Shown: positions 32,937 to 46,994, counted from the first letter of the stretch. The stretch is DNA of 64,000 nucleotides from Nannocystis bainbridge (GCF_028368995.1 NZ_JAQNDL010000001.1:96001-160000); one strand, 5' to 3'. Notes: generated by a model from the sequence alone, not told the origin. Made by a program: numbers and translations.

Positions 32937-34295
32937 ATGCCGCGTCGCATTTCTCTCTCGCGCCGTACCCTCCTGGGCGGGGCTGGTGCGCTCATCGCCC
33001 TGCCCTGGCTGGAGTCGCTCGCGCCCGTCGTTCGCCGGGCTCGCGGGGCCGACCCCGAACCCCCGCCGCTGCGCGCCCTCTTCTATTACCTCCCCAACGG
33101 GATCCACATGCAGTCGTGGACGCCCGCGACCGAAGGACCGGGCTTCGAGATCACGCCGATCCTCTCGCCGCTGGTCGACCCGCAGGCCATGGTCGACCTC
33201 AAGGGCGACGTGCTGGTCCTGAGCGGGCTGCAGAACCTGCCCGCCAAGCCCGAGGGCCCGGGCGACCACGCCGGCGGCACCTCGGCGTTCTTGACCTGCA
33301 CCCACGTCACCAAGTCCGAGACCGACATCAACAACGACATCTCGATCGACCAGGTGCTCGCCAACGCCATCGGCGAGGCCACGCCGCACCGCTCGCTGCA
33401 GTTCGGGACCGCCAACGGCGCGACCATGGGCAACTGCGACAGCGGCTACAGCTGCGCCTACACCAGCAACATCTCGTGGGCCGACGCCAAGACCCCGCTG
33501 CCGAAGCTCTACGACCCGCAGGTCATCTTCGACCTGCTGTTCTCCGGCTTCGACCCCGAGGCGACCGCCGAGGAGCAGGCCAAGCGGCGCAGCAACCGGA
33601 TCAGTGTCATCGACTACGCAACAGGCCAGGTCGAGTCGCTGCAGACCAAGCTCGGCAAGACCGACCGCGACAAGCTAGACCAGTACCTCACCGGCCTGCG
33701 CGACCTCGAGAAGCGCCTCACCGCCGAGAACACCGAGGCGGTGTGCGAGCTGCCGGCGATGTTCTCGGGCGCCTACCCGGACTTCACGACCCACGTCGAC
33801 CTCATGACCGAGCTGATGGTGCTGGCGTTCCAGTGCGACCAGACCCGCGTCGTCACCTTCATGCTCGAGAACGCGGGCAGCTACCGCGACTACTCGTTCA
33901 TCGGCGCCGCGGGCTCGCACCACGAGATCTCGCACCACATGGACAGCCCGGACAACTTCGCCAAGCTCGAGATCATCGATCGCTGGGAGATGGTCCAGTT
34001 CGCCAAGCTGCTGCAGAAGCTCAAGGCCTCGCCCGAGGGCGAGGGCACCCTGCTCGACAACTGCGTGGTGTTCCTGTCGTCGGAGATCAGCGACGGCAAC
34101 GCCCACAACCACAACAACCTGCCGGTGCTGCTGGCCGGCGGCGCCGGCGGCAAGATCACCCCCGGGCGCCACGTGAAGTACGGCGAGGCCCCGCCGCTGT
34201 CCAACCTGTTCATCTCGATCGGCGAGATGTTCGGCGTGCCGATGGCGGGCTTCGGCGACGACGGCGTCGGCCCGCTGCAGAACCTCAAGGTCTGA
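32937..34295 (+). CDS. DUF1552 family Tat-exported protein
   Basis: SRRTLLGGAG..IALPWLESL, YLPNG, SIDQVLA, HHEISHH, TLLDN, HNHNNLPVLLAGG. Confidence 0.9.
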   Translation: MPRRISLSRRTLLGGAGALIALPWLESLAPVVRRARGADPEPPPLRALFYYLPNGIHMQSWTPATEGPGFEITPILSPLVDPQAMVDLKGDVLVLSGLQNLPAKPEGPGDHAGGTSAFLTCTHVTKSETDINNDISIDQVLANAIGEATPHRSLQFGTANGATMGNCDSGYSCAYTSNISWADAKTPLPKLYDPQVIFDLLFSGFDPEATAEEQAKRRSNRISVIDYATGQVESLQTKLGKTDRDKLDQYLTGLRDLEKRLTAENTEAVCELPAMFSGAYPDFTTHVDLMTELMVLAFQCDQTRVVTFMLENAGSYRDYSFIGAAGSHHEISHHMDSPDNFAKLEIIDRWEMVQFAKLLQKLKASPEGEGTLLDNCVVFLSSEISDGNAHNHNNLPVLLAGGAGGKITPGRHVKYGEAPPLSNLFISIGEMFGVPMAGFGDDGVGPLQNLKV

Positions 34296-34408
34296 CGGCG
34301 AGGCGCGGGCGAGCCGCCCGTGAACCAGAACGACGCAGGCCCGCGTCCCCGGCCCTCCCGGCCAGGGCCGCGGGCCTTGCCGCGCTCGCTCCGGGCGCAG
34401 CCCCGCCA

Positions 34409-34488
34409 TCACCTGCTCTCACGGACATGCCCACATCGACATGTCACTTCGGACATGCTCGCCGGAGCATGTCCCCGAGGACAGATCC
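34409..34488. repeat. 14-bp-period decamer array (6 units), intergenic between convergent genes
   Basis: Cores at 34412, 34426, 34440, 34454, 34468, 34482 (GGACATGCCC, CGACATGTCA, GGACATGCTC, GAGCATGTCC, GGACAGATCC). Confidence 0.9.
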
Positions 34489-34490
34489 GA

Positions 34491-35846
<1,356 letters not shown>

Positions 35847-35856
35847 GCGCACCTGT

Positions 35857-36855
35857 TTAATGGCCGCGACTCGGCCCGTCCAGCGGCTTTTCGGCGGGCG
35901 GCGGCGGGAGGATGATCCGCTCGTGACCTGGCTCCAAGGTCAGGTTGGCACGGAGCGCCGGCGGGACCGCCTCGGACAGGCCGAGATCGACCAGCACGGC
36001 GCCGGCCGGCGCGTCGTCCTGCGGCTTTTGCAGCTGCACCGTCGAGACCACCGCGCTCGGGATCGCGTCGATCTGCCGCAGCGACGGCACCGGCCCGCGC
36101 ACCACCGCCGCGACCTTGAGCGGCGCGCCGAACGGCGGCTCCTGGTCGACCGGCCAGGTCAGCGGAATTTCGTAGCGCCGCTCGCTGAGCTTGGGACGGA
36201 TCGCCACCGACACCGTCACCTTCGGCACCTCGCCCGGCGTCACGCCCGTGTACTCGGCGCCCTCGCGCAGCTGCCCGAGCCCGACCACCATCTCGACGTC
36301 GGCGGTGGCCCCGCTGACGTCGATCGGGTCGGTGTTGAGGTTGGCCAGCTCGCCGACGATCTTGCTGCCGCCGTGGACCCGCCAGCGCGGCGGATCGACG
36401 CGCGTGCCGGTGTGCTCGTAGTCGGGGTGGACCAGGCCACGCACCGCGGCGCTGATGAGCACCGCGCGCTCGATCACCGGGTCGAAGCGGAGGTCGACCT
36501 TCTCGTAGTCCATGCCGCGGAAGATCACCCCCGGCGGCATCACGATCGTGGCCGGGTCGAGCTCGAGCGGCCCCGGGCGCGCGCCCGCGAGGTCGATCTG
36601 GGCGCTGCCGAGGTCGTGGCCCGAGAGCCGATTCATCCGCGCCCACGACCCATGCAGCTCCACGGTCACCGTCTCGGGCAGCTTGGTCTGCAGCACGCGC
36701 CGCGGATCGGCGTTGGCCTTGAGCGGGATCGTGAAGCGCCGCGTGACGTCGTCGCGCGTGAAGATGAAAAACCCGCTGGCGAGGATCAGCGCCGTCAGCT
36801 TGGTCAGCAGATGGTTGAAGAGGGCCCCGTAGAGCCACTTCAGCGCGCGCGTCAC
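35857..36855 (-). CDS. CdaR/YbbR-like diadenylate cyclase regulator
   Basis: N-terminal TM (KLTALILA), YbbR-like beta repeats ([10 protein letters not shown]), located between cdaA and glmM. Confidence 0.75.
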   Translation of the reverse strand: MTRALKWLYGALFNHLLTKLTALILASGFFIFTRDDVTRRFTIPLKANADPRRVLQTKLPETVTVELHGSWARMNRLSGHDLGSAQIDLAGARPGPLELDPATIVMPPGVIFRGMDYEKVDLRFDPVIERAVLISAAVRGLVHPDYEHTGTRVDPPRWRVHGGSKIVGELANLNTDPIDVSGATADVEMVVGLGQLREGAEYTGVTPGEVPKVTVSVAIRPKLSERRYEIPLTWPVDQEPPFGAPLKVAAVVRGPVPSLRQIDAIPSAVVSTVQLQKPQDDAPAGAVLVDLGLSEAVPPALRANLTLEPGHERIILPPPPAEKPLDGPSRGH

Positions 36856-37853
36856 CCCTCACCTCCCTTGCGCGCCGACGAGAAGTCGGTGACCGACGGC
36901 GCGTGCAGGAAGTCGTTGTCGTTCCACTTCTCGTCGACCGGACCTTCCTTGCTGCCGCGGCGGCGCACGGAGGTCATGTCGCTGCCGCTGTCGCCCGACT
37001 TGCGCAGGTCCATGTAGCTGCGCGCCGCGCCCTTGGCGGCCGCGAGGGTCTCGGTCGGCGGAGCCGGGCGCGAGGCCTCGGCGCGCGGTTGATCGAGCCA
37101 GCGGGTGATCCGCTCCTCGAGCTGCTCGGGCGTGAGCGACTCGGAGATGGCGCCGCGGTGCACGGTGCGGAGCTCGCCGCGCTCCTCGCTGAGCACGACG
37201 ACCAGCGCGTCGCTCTCCTCGCTGACGCCGATGGCGCCGCGGTGGCGCGTGCCGAACGCCGGGTCGAGCCGGTCGCGCTGCGTCAACGGGCAGATCACGC
37301 CGGCGCGGGCGATCCGCAGGTTCTGAATCAACACGGCGCCGTCGTGCGTGAGGTTGATCGAGAACGGGATCAGCAGCGCCACCAGAGTGTCGGCGTGCAG
37401 TGACGCGTCGATCTCACGGCCGCGATCGCTGACGACGTCGAGGACGTCGATCTCGCCCTGGAGGATGAACAGCGCCCCGAGCCGCGCGCGCTGCAGCCGC
37501 TCGCACGCCACCACCAGCTCGCTGACGGCGCTGCGAGCCGCGTCGCGGTGGCCCTGCGGCAGCAGCCGCTGGCCCATGTGCAGCAAGATCCGCCGCAGCT
37601 CCTGATGGAACACCACGATCAGGATGATGATGACGTACTCGAGGAAGTAGCGGACCAGCGCCGCCACCGCGACCATGTCGAGCGCGCTCGCGGCCGCGGC
37701 GATGCCCCCGAACACGGCGACCGACAGCAGCACCGGGACCGCACGTGTCCCTTGGAGCAGGCGCAACGCCGCGTAGACCAGGATCAGCAAGATCCCGAAG
37801 TCGAGCCCGTCGCGCCACGTGAGCGCCTCGATGAAGTCCCGCGGCGTCACCAT
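36852..37853 (-). CDS. dacA: diadenylate cyclase CdaA/DacA
   Basis: 3 TM segments, FHQELRR, HDGAV, GTRHRGA, SEESDA, VLSEERG. Confidence 0.9.
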   Translation of the reverse strand: MVTPRDFIEALTWRDGLDFGILLILVYAALRLLQGTRAVPVLLSVAVFGGIAAAASALDMVAVAALVRYFLEYVIIILIVVFHQELRRILLHMGQRLLPQGHRDAARSAVSELVVACERLQRARLGALFILQGEIDVLDVVSDRGREIDASLHADTLVALLIPFSINLTHDGAVLIQNLRIARAGVICPLTQRDRLDPAFGTRHRGAIGVSEESDALVVVLSEERGELRTVHRGAISESLTPEQLEERITRWLDQPRAEASRPAPPTETLAAAKGAARSYMDLRKSGDSGSDMTSVRRRGSKEGPVDEKWNDNDFLHAPSVTDFSSARKGGEG

Positions 37854-38830
37854 CGCCCCCGTTCGACCCCTTCCGCCGCACGAACGGCCGCCGCCGACGC
37901 GTGACGGATCGCCCACGCCACCCGCAGCGCCTCGGCCGTGGCCGCGACATCGTGCACCCGCACGACGGCCGCGCCGCCGAGCGCCGCCATGACCGCCGCT
38001 ACCACGCTTCCGATCAGCCGCTCCTCGACCGGCCGAGGGCGCCCGCCGACGACCCCGAGGAACGCCTTGCGACTGGCGCCGACGAGCACCGGACAACCTG
38101 TCTCTCGCATCAGGTAGTCGGCGGCGCCGACCAGCGCCGCGCTGTGCTCGGCGGTCTTGCCGAAGCCGATGCCGGGGTCGACCGCGATGCGATCGGCGGC
38201 GACGCCGGCTCGCAGCGCCCGCTCGACCGCGCGTGCGAGCTCGGCCGCGACTTCGACCAGCACATGCTCAAAACGGATCTCGCGCATCATCGTCGCCGGT
38301 TCGCCGCGCAGGTGACCGATGACGAGGCCGGCGCCGCTGTCGGCAGCGACGCGCGCCATGTCCGGATCGGCGAGCCCGCTGACGTCGTTGAGGATCGCCG
38401 CCCCGGCCGCCATCGCCGCGGCGGCCACCGAAGCGTGCCGCGTGTCGACGCTGATGGGCATGCCGGCCAGCTCCGGATCGCCCACGAGCCCGCGGATCAC
38501 CGGCAGCACGCGCCGTAGCTCGACGTCGGGCGGCACCGGCGTCGCGCCCGGCCGCGTCGACTCGCCGCCGACGTCGAGGATGTCGGCGCCTTGCTGGCGA
38601 TACGCGCGACACAACCTCGCGGCCACGCTGACGCTCGGATCGTCGGTCGCGGGCGCGAGCAGGTTGCCGCCGTCGAAGAAGCTGTCGGGCGTGACGTTGA
38701 CGATCGCCATCACTCGCGGCGCGCTCAGGTCGAGCGCTCCGCGAGCGTGTACCCAAGGGGGCGCGAGCTCGGGCCGCGCGCCGTCGTCACGGACTGGGGC
38801 GCGCTCGGCGGCGGGGGACATCGCCGCCAT
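37847..38830 (-). CDS. folP: dihydropteroate synthase
   Basis: NVTPDSFFDGG, DVGGESTRPG, DPGIGFGK, GASRKAF, RVHDV. Confidence 0.96.
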   Translation of the reverse strand: MAAMSPAAERAPVRDDGARPELAPPWVHARGALDLSAPRVMAIVNVTPDSFFDGGNLLAPATDDPSVSVAARLCRAYRQQGADILDVGGESTRPGATPVPPDVELRRVLPVIRGLVGDPELAGMPISVDTRHASVAAAAMAAGAAILNDVSGLADPDMARVAADSGAGLVIGHLRGEPATMMREIRFEHVLVEVAAELARAVERALRAGVAADRIAVDPGIGFGKTAEHSAALVGAADYLMRETGCPVLVGASRKAFLGVVGGRPRPVEERLIGSVVAAVMAALGGAAVVRVHDVAATAEALRVAWAIRHASAAAVRAAEGVERGRW

Positions 38831-38842
38831 GGTAGCGCGCCA

Positions 38843-40231
<1,389 letters not shown>

Positions 40232-40389
40232 GTCCTCCACGCTACCAGGGGGCTCCCTCTGCGGGAAGCACACAACGCCGGTACGGAGCGCCTGGCGACG
40301 ATTCACAGGGCTGAGGTCGCTCGCCCGCAGCGAAAAAAAATCGGGGTGCCTCGGCCCCGAAGCACCCCGACCCTCGCTGGAAAAACTCC

Positions 40390-40569
40390 TCAGACGTAGA
40401 AGTCGACGATGGACACGCCGCGCTCGGGCGGCTCGCGCAGCGGCGGCCGCTCGTCGAGCTCGTCCGCGGGCATCCGCGGCAGTTCGAGCTCGATCTGCAG
40501 CGTCGGAGTCCGCTTGCCCGGGATCTTCATGGTCGGGACCTGCTTCTGCTTCTCGAGGGCTGGTCGCAT
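40390..40569 (-). CDS. small hypothetical protein (~59 aa)
   Basis: GC3-biased codons, AGGTG upstream of ATG 40569 (alternative start 40530), C-terminus ERGVSIVDFYV. Confidence 0.55.
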   Translation of the reverse strand: MRPALEKQKQVPTMKIPGKRTPTLQIELELPRMPADELDERPPLREPPERGVSIVDFYV

Positions 40570-40644
40570 GAACACCTGCCTTTTTCGCCAGAAATCCGAA
40601 TAAGCCACCGGGCTGTGTGTTTCAAACCTCACGAGATCGGCGCT

Positions 40645-40875
40645 TGCACCGCCTCGCTCCGGGGAGTACCACTCCTCCCCACGAACGAGGTGGCTCGCTC
40701 GTCCCGCAGCTTCGACCCTGATGTGCCCACCATCCGGTTCGGAGCGCCTGAATTCTTGGTTCGCCACCTTACGTTTGAGACTAACGCCGCCACGGTGGTT
40801 GGCAAGAATTGTCTTCGCGCCGTTTAGCGCTGTTCCAGTGTGCGGTAGGCGTACACTGACACCACGCCTACGACG
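40645..40875. other. structured intergenic region, candidate ncRNA or leader
   Basis: Hairpins at 40651-40691 and 40751-40810; H-type pseudoknot pairing at 40836-40871; no known family recognised. Confidence 0.35.
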
Positions 40876-40934
40876 CTCGAATTGAGCCTCGGCGGCGGCG
40901 ACGACCTGACCCGTCTGCGCTTGCGGCGACTGAC

Positions 40935-41573
40935 TCAGAAGTCGACCACGACCCAGCGGGAGCCTTCCCGCTCGAGTCGGGCGACCTCGGCGTTCCCCAG
41001 GTCGAGGACGGCCTCGTGTGCGTCGGCCACGATGGGATCGCCCAGGCGCGCGGCCAGGCGATCGCGGGCCGTCTGCAAGGCGTCGGCATGCTCGCCTTCG
41101 GTCCACGCCGTGCGGAGATCGTCCTCCGAGAGCCCGAGCCGGTAGCGCTCCGGAGCGAGCCCGAGGACCACGTCCCAGCGGCGCTGGAGGCTCGCCCGAA
41201 CCAGACTCCGCAGAGCGGCGCGAGGCGTCGACTGGTCGTACACGACGGTCGGATCCTCCGCGAACACCCAGCCCCGCGGCGTCCAGCGCACGTCGATCGG
41301 CGAATCGGGCGCGAGGAACACGACGGCGCGCGGGCGGATCTCCGCCGGCTTCTTCAACGTCTTCGCCCAGCGCTGCCGCGCCGCCTTGTCGCCGAGGACC
41401 GCCGCGTAGTCGACGTGGGCGCGCGCGCCGACGAGTACGTGTTCGGACAACTCCTTCGCCTCGCCGCGGCGCACCGCGCCGGCGGCGTCCTCGCTGGCGC
41501 GCGCGAGGCCGCGGACGTCACGCTGCGCGCAGGATGCGAGCGTCAGCGCGACGAGCACCGCGAAGATCTTCAC
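40935..41573 (-). CDS. hypothetical lipoprotein
   Basis: MKIFAVLVALTLASC lipobox; start overlaps the fabZ stop. Confidence 0.75.
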   Translation of the reverse strand: MKIFAVLVALTLASCAQRDVRGLARASEDAAGAVRRGEAKELSEHVLVGARAHVDYAAVLGDKAARQRWAKTLKKPAEIRPRAVVFLAPDSPIDVRWTPRGWVFAEDPTVVYDQSTPRAALRSLVRASLQRRWDVVLGLAPERYRLGLSEDDLRTAWTEGEHADALQTARDRLAARLGDPIVADAHEAVLDLGNAEVARLEREGSRWVVVDF

Positions 41574-42025
41574 GCAGCGCCCCCGGCATCGGCGCGCTTC
41601 TCGATGACCGCGGTGAAGACGCCCGAAGCCTTCACCTGCTCGCCCACGCGGGTCTCGCCGGAGAACTTGCCGATCCGCCCGAGCCGCTGGGCTTTGACCT
41701 CGATCGTCAGCACGTCGCCGGGCACCACCGGCGCGCGGAACTTGGCCTCCTGGATGCCCAGGAAGAGGCAGTTGTGCAGCGCCGGGTCGAACACGCCGGA
41801 CAGGTTGGCCAGCAGGACCGCGGCCTGCGCCATCGCCTCGACCTGGACCACCCCGGGCAGGATCGGGAAGCCGGGGAAGTGGCCCTGCAGGATCGGGTCG
41901 CCGATCGACACGAGCTTCTGGGCCACGATCGACTCGTTCGGCGTCGCCGACAGCACGCGGTCGATGAAGAGGAAGGGGTACCGGTGCGGCAGGATCTTCT
42001 GGATCTGGACGGCGTCGAGGAGCAT
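41570..42025 (-). CDS. fabZ: 3-hydroxyacyl-ACP dehydratase
   Basis: LPHRYPFLFIDRV, GHFP..PILPGV..EAMAQ, FRAPVVPGD. Confidence 0.96.
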   Translation of the reverse strand: MLLDAVQIQKILPHRYPFLFIDRVLSATPNESIVAQKLVSIGDPILQGHFPGFPILPGVVQVEAMAQAAVLLANLSGVFDPALHNCLFLGIQEAKFRAPVVPGDVLTIEVKAQRLGRIGKFSGETRVGEQVKASGVFTAVIEKRADAGGAA

Positions 42026-42097
42026 CGGTCGGCGCGTAGCTTATCAGGCCGCCGCCGTCGCGCCCACTGCACGACCCGGGGCGCGCGTCGGGCCGGC

Positions 42098-42143
42098 TTA
42101 AACGCGAAACCCGGGCCGCGCAGCGTCGTGCGCGAGCCCGGGC
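42098..42143 (-). terminator. possible terminator after skp
   Basis: CCCGGG-CGCGCA/TGCGCG-CCCGGG stem followed by TTTCGCGTTT on the minus strand. Confidence 0.5.
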
Positions 42144-42160
42144 CGTGCGGACGCGAACCG

Positions 42161-42724
42161 CTAGGAGGGGTACTTGGCGTTGAAGCGCTTGACCAGCTCG
42201 GCGGTGATGTCGAGGCCGGGCTCGACGTAGAGCACGGTCGAGTCGTCGCGGATCAGCACCAGGTCGACGTTCTTCTCGGCGGCCAGCTTGTCGATGATCG
42301 TCTGGCAGTTCTTGTAGATGTCCTCGAGGACCCGCGACTCCTGCTGCGAGAGCTCCTGCTGCATGGTCATGTAGATCTGCTGCATCTCCATGTACTCCTT
42401 CTGCAGCGCCTCCTCGGCGGCGGCGAGCTTGTCGCCCTGGAGGCTCTTGAGCTTGCCGGTGTCGGCCTCGAGCTTCTTGCGCTTCTGCTCGAGCTTCTCC
42501 TGCTTGGCCTTGGAGCTGTCCTCGAGCTTCTTGCGGGCGGCCTGGCCCTGCTTGGTGTCGGCGAGGACCTTTTGCATGTCGACGACGGCGACGCCGCGGA
42601 CCTGCGGGAGGGTCGCCTGAGCCGGCGTGACGGCACCCGGGACGAGGCCGGCGCCGCCAGCGAAGGCGAGCGTGACGGCGGCGGCGGACAAGAGACGAGC
42701 GAGACGACGCTGGGGGGTAATCAT
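42161..42724 (-). CDS. skp: OmpH/Skp periplasmic chaperone, copy 2
   Basis: Signal peptide, VAVVDMQKVL, coiled coil, VLYVEPGLDIT. Confidence 0.9.
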   Translation of the reverse strand: MITPQRRLARLLSAAAVTLAFAGGAGLVPGAVTPAQATLPQVRGVAVVDMQKVLADTKQGQAARKKLEDSSKAKQEKLEQKRKKLEADTGKLKSLQGDKLAAAEEALQKEYMEMQQIYMTMQQELSQQESRVLEDIYKNCQTIIDKLAAEKNVDLVLIRDDSTVLYVEPGLDITAELVKRFNAKYPS

Positions 42725-42747
42725 GGCGGGGCGATCCTTCAGGTGGG

Positions 42748-43299
42748 TCACTTGTGCTTCTTGTCGTAGGCGACGATCACGCGGTTGGTGACGTCGAACT
42801 TGGGGTTGGCGTACAGGACCGTCGCCGGCGAGCGGACCAACACGATCTGAAGACCTTCCTCGGCCGCGATGTCTTTCACGATGGCCGCGACGTTCTTGTA
42901 GATCTTCTCGGTGAGCTGCGCCTCTTTCGTCGCCACGTCCTCCTGGAGCTGGGCGTAGAGCTGCTGCAGCTCCTGGTCCTTGACCACGAGCTCTTGCTGC
43001 CGCTTGGCGATCTCTTCGTCCGAGAGCATCGCCCGCTTGGCCATCAGGTCCTCGTACTTCTTCTTGAGGTCCTCGGTCTTCTTGTCGAGCTGCGACTGAC
43101 CCTTCGCAAACACCGACTCGAGGTCCTTCTTGCCCTTGGTGCCTTGCGTGGTCTCCAGCAGGCAGCGCTGCAGGTCGACGAGGGCGACCTGTTTGAGGGC
43201 GTTGACGGTGGCAGCGGGCGCGGCGGCGACCGGGGAGGCGCCGAAAACGCTTGCTGTCAGTGCCGCTGCGAGGAGGAGGACGCGCGAGGTACAGGGCAT
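42748..43299 (-). CDS. skp: OmpH/Skp periplasmic chaperone, copy 1
   Basis: VALVDLQRCL, coiled coil, VLYANPKFDVT. Confidence 0.9.
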   Translation of the reverse strand: MPCTSRVLLLAAALTASVFGASPVAAAPAATVNALKQVALVDLQRCLLETTQGTKGKKDLESVFAKGQSQLDKKTEDLKKKYEDLMAKRAMLSDEEIAKRQQELVVKDQELQQLYAQLQEDVATKEAQLTEKIYKNVAAIVKDIAAEEGLQIVLVRSPATVLYANPKFDVTNRVIVAYDKKHK

Positions 43300-43471
43300 A
43301 ATGGGCGGGACCTTAGCCGGGGCCGCGCAGGGGGGCAACCGGGCTGGCCTCGGACGCGGGGACTTACAGTCGCATTCATGCGGTCTGTGGACCTGGAGCC
43401 GCTGTCACGGTGTGGCCTAGCTCACCCGATTTGCCGCTGCGCGCGCCGCAAACCGGGCTCTGGTGGGCTTC

Positions 43472-46128
43472 TCAGAAGCTGTTGCCGACGTTGAACTCGA
43501 AGACGACCGGTTCGTCGCCGTAATAGAACTCGGTGGGCGGCAGGCGATCGAGCGGGAAGCCCCACTCGAACCGCAGCGGGCCGATCGGCGACTGCCAGCG
43601 GAAGCCGAAGCCGACCGAGCGACGCAGCGACTTGAGGAAGCCCGGCGCGCCCGGACGCAGGAGCGTGCACGGATCGCTCTTCGGCTGCTCGACCGGGTTG
43701 GCTTCGACGCAGTACAGCGGCTCGGTGTTGTAGGCGTTGCCGATGTCCATGAAGACCACGCCCTTGATGTTGGCGGGCGGGACCATCATGAACTCGAGCT
43801 CGAGGTTCAAGGCCGTGAGCAGGTTGCCGCCGATGGTGTACGGGATGAGCGACGCCGTCGGGTCGGAGCTGCCGAGCACCTTGATCGCCGGGCCGAGGCT
43901 GCGCAGGCGATAGCCGCGGATGCCGCCGTCGCCGAAGATGCCGCCGGGGAAGTAGCGCTCGAACACCGGCACGCCCTTGTCCTGCGGGCTGTGGATGAAG
44001 CCGACCTGCAGGCGGGTCTTGAACACCAACCAGGCGCGGAACGCCTGCTTGCTGCGGATGATCGGGAAGTAGAAGCGGAAGTTCGCGTCGTAGCGGTTGA
44101 ACCGGTTCTGCGAGCCCCAGTACTTGTTGGCGAACTCTGCCCGGATCTCGTGGCGCATGCCCTCGGTCGGGAAGAGGTAGTTGTCGGTCGTGTCGTAGCG
44201 GAGGCTGGCCGTGATCGCCGACGTGATGCCGTTGTTGAAGAGGTTCGAGATCAGCGCCTGGCCGCTGTAGAGCGTCGAGTAGGCGCCGCCCGTGAACAGG
44301 CCGGCGCCGCCGCCGTAGTAGCCGCCGAGCGAGCCGAAGTTGCCGAAGCCGACCTTGATGTACTCGAACGAGTAACCCGCGAACAGGATGAGGTTCGGGA
44401 TCCGCGGGATCGGGTAACCCCACGACAGTCGCACGCCGGTGCTCTCACGCGAGAAGCCGGGGAACACGTTGCGCGAGTTGAAGATGTTGAACGAGAAGTT
44501 CCAGCGCGAGTCGAGGAAGTAGCGCGTGATGTAGGCGAGGTTGAACAGGCGCCGCAGGCTCGACATCTGGGCCACGAGGGTCACCGTGGTGCCGCGGCCG
44601 AGGAAGTTGTCGTACTGGATCTGCGCCTGCAGCACGAAGTTCTCGATCGTGCTGAAGCCGGCGCCGACCTGGAACGTGCCGGTCAGGCGCTCGGTCACCT
44701 CGACGTTGAGGACGATCTTGTCCTCGGCGCTGCCCTTGCTGGTCGAGATCGTGACCTGGTTGAAGTAGCCGAGCCGCATCGCGTTGAACTCGGACTGCTC
44801 CTTGCCGCTCTCGGCGTAGAGGTCGCCCTCGCGCAGCGCCATCTCGCGGCGGATGACCTTGTCGGCGGTCTTGTCGTTGCCGCTGATGTTGATGCGCTCG
44901 ACGTAGACCAGCGGGCCCTTGCCGACCTCGAGCGTCATGTAGAGCTTGAGGTTCTCGCGGTCCTGGCGGCCGTCGGGGATGACGTTGACGTAGGCGTGGC
45001 CCGCGTCCTTGTAGCGGCGCTCGATGTCCTGGATGATCGTCTGGATCTTCCCCATCGAGGCGACGTCGCCCTCCTTGATCACGGGGTTGATCGAGTCGGC
45101 CAGGACGTTCTCGTTGTAGAGCGCCTTCTCGCCGCGCCCGAGGACCTCCTTCGCGCGGATCTTGCCGACGCGGTACTGCGGGCCCTCGTCGACCGGGACG
45201 GTGACGTAGACGAACCGACGGTCGGGGCTGAGGCTCAGCTCCGGGTCCTTGACGTTGGCGTCGAGGTAGCCGTTGTCGGTGTAGAACTGCTTCAACATCT
45301 GGAAGTCGCCGGCGAACGCCTCCTTGTTGAAGACGCCGCCGGCTTTCTTCGTGACGACGCTGAGGTAGCCGCCGACGCGCGTGATCATGTGCTTGCGCAG
45401 CTCGTCGTCGGTGAAGGCTTGGTTGCCGATGAAGGTGATCTTGCGGACGATGGTCTCGGCCGCCTCGCTGATCACGATCTGGATGTCGACCTTGCCGATC
45501 TCGTCCTCGACCGGGCGCAGGCCGTAGGTCACCTCGGCCAGGAAGAAGCCCTTCTCGACGTAGAGCTGCTTGACCTTCTCGACGTTGGCCCGCACGGAGC
45601 CGACGTCGAGGATGGCGTTGAGCTTGAGGTCGAGCTGCTCGTTGATGTCGTCGAGCTTGATCTTGCTGTTGCCCTCGACCACGATCTTGCGGATCGTCGG
45701 CCGCTCCTTGACGACGTAGGTGAGCACCACGCCCGAGGGCGTCAGCTCGCCTTCGACGCGGATGTCGTCGAACTTGCCGAGGCCCCACAGGCGCTTGATG
45801 TCGGTCGCCAGGTTGCGCGGGTTGACCACCGCGTCGATGTGGCTCTCGAGCTCGAGCATCATCGCTTCGCTCTCGACCCGGCGGTTGCCCTCGAAGCGGA
45901 TGTCGACGATCGGTTGGCCGTAGAGCTCCTGCGGCACACCAGCCGCGGCGGCCTTGAAGAAGAACTCGCTGCCGATGTCGGCCATGCTGGGCATGGCGCT
46001 CGAGACCTGTCCGAACAGACAGATGAGCGCGGCCACCAGCAAAGCCAGCGCGCGCGAGCGCGGGCGGCGACGGACCAGGTGCACGCGGAGGGGCACTCCG
46101 CGGGCGGGGCTGTGAAGGGGACGCTCCG

Positions 46129-46132
<4 letters not shown>
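43472..46132 (-). CDS. bamA: outer membrane protein assembly factor BamA
   Basis: POTRA repeats ([17 protein letters not shown]), IRGY loop, C-terminal FEFNVGNSF. Confidence 0.96.
45989..46026. repeat. 14-bp-period decamer array in the bamA signal-peptide region
   Basis: Cores at 45992 (CATG), 46006 (AGACCTGTCC), 46020 (CAGA). Confidence 0.5.
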
Positions 46133-46932
<800 letters not shown>

Positions 46933-46952
46933 GGGGGCCGTTTGCCGGCGCA

Positions 46953-46981
46953 ACCCTAGACGCGCCCCATTCCCCTGTCAA
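46953..46981 (-). promoter_or_regulatory. sigma70-type promoter for lolD-bamA-skp
   Basis: TTGACA (46981-46976), 17 nt, TAGGGT (46958-46953). Confidence 0.65.
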
Positions 46982-46994
46982 TGCGGCTTGCGGG

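Noticed and set aside
40580-40930. tmRNA, 6S, RNase P, SRP or a known riboswitch
   Set aside because: No tRNA-like ends, no GAGGAAAGUCC, no SRP loop and no 6S closing stem found; left as an unassigned structured region.
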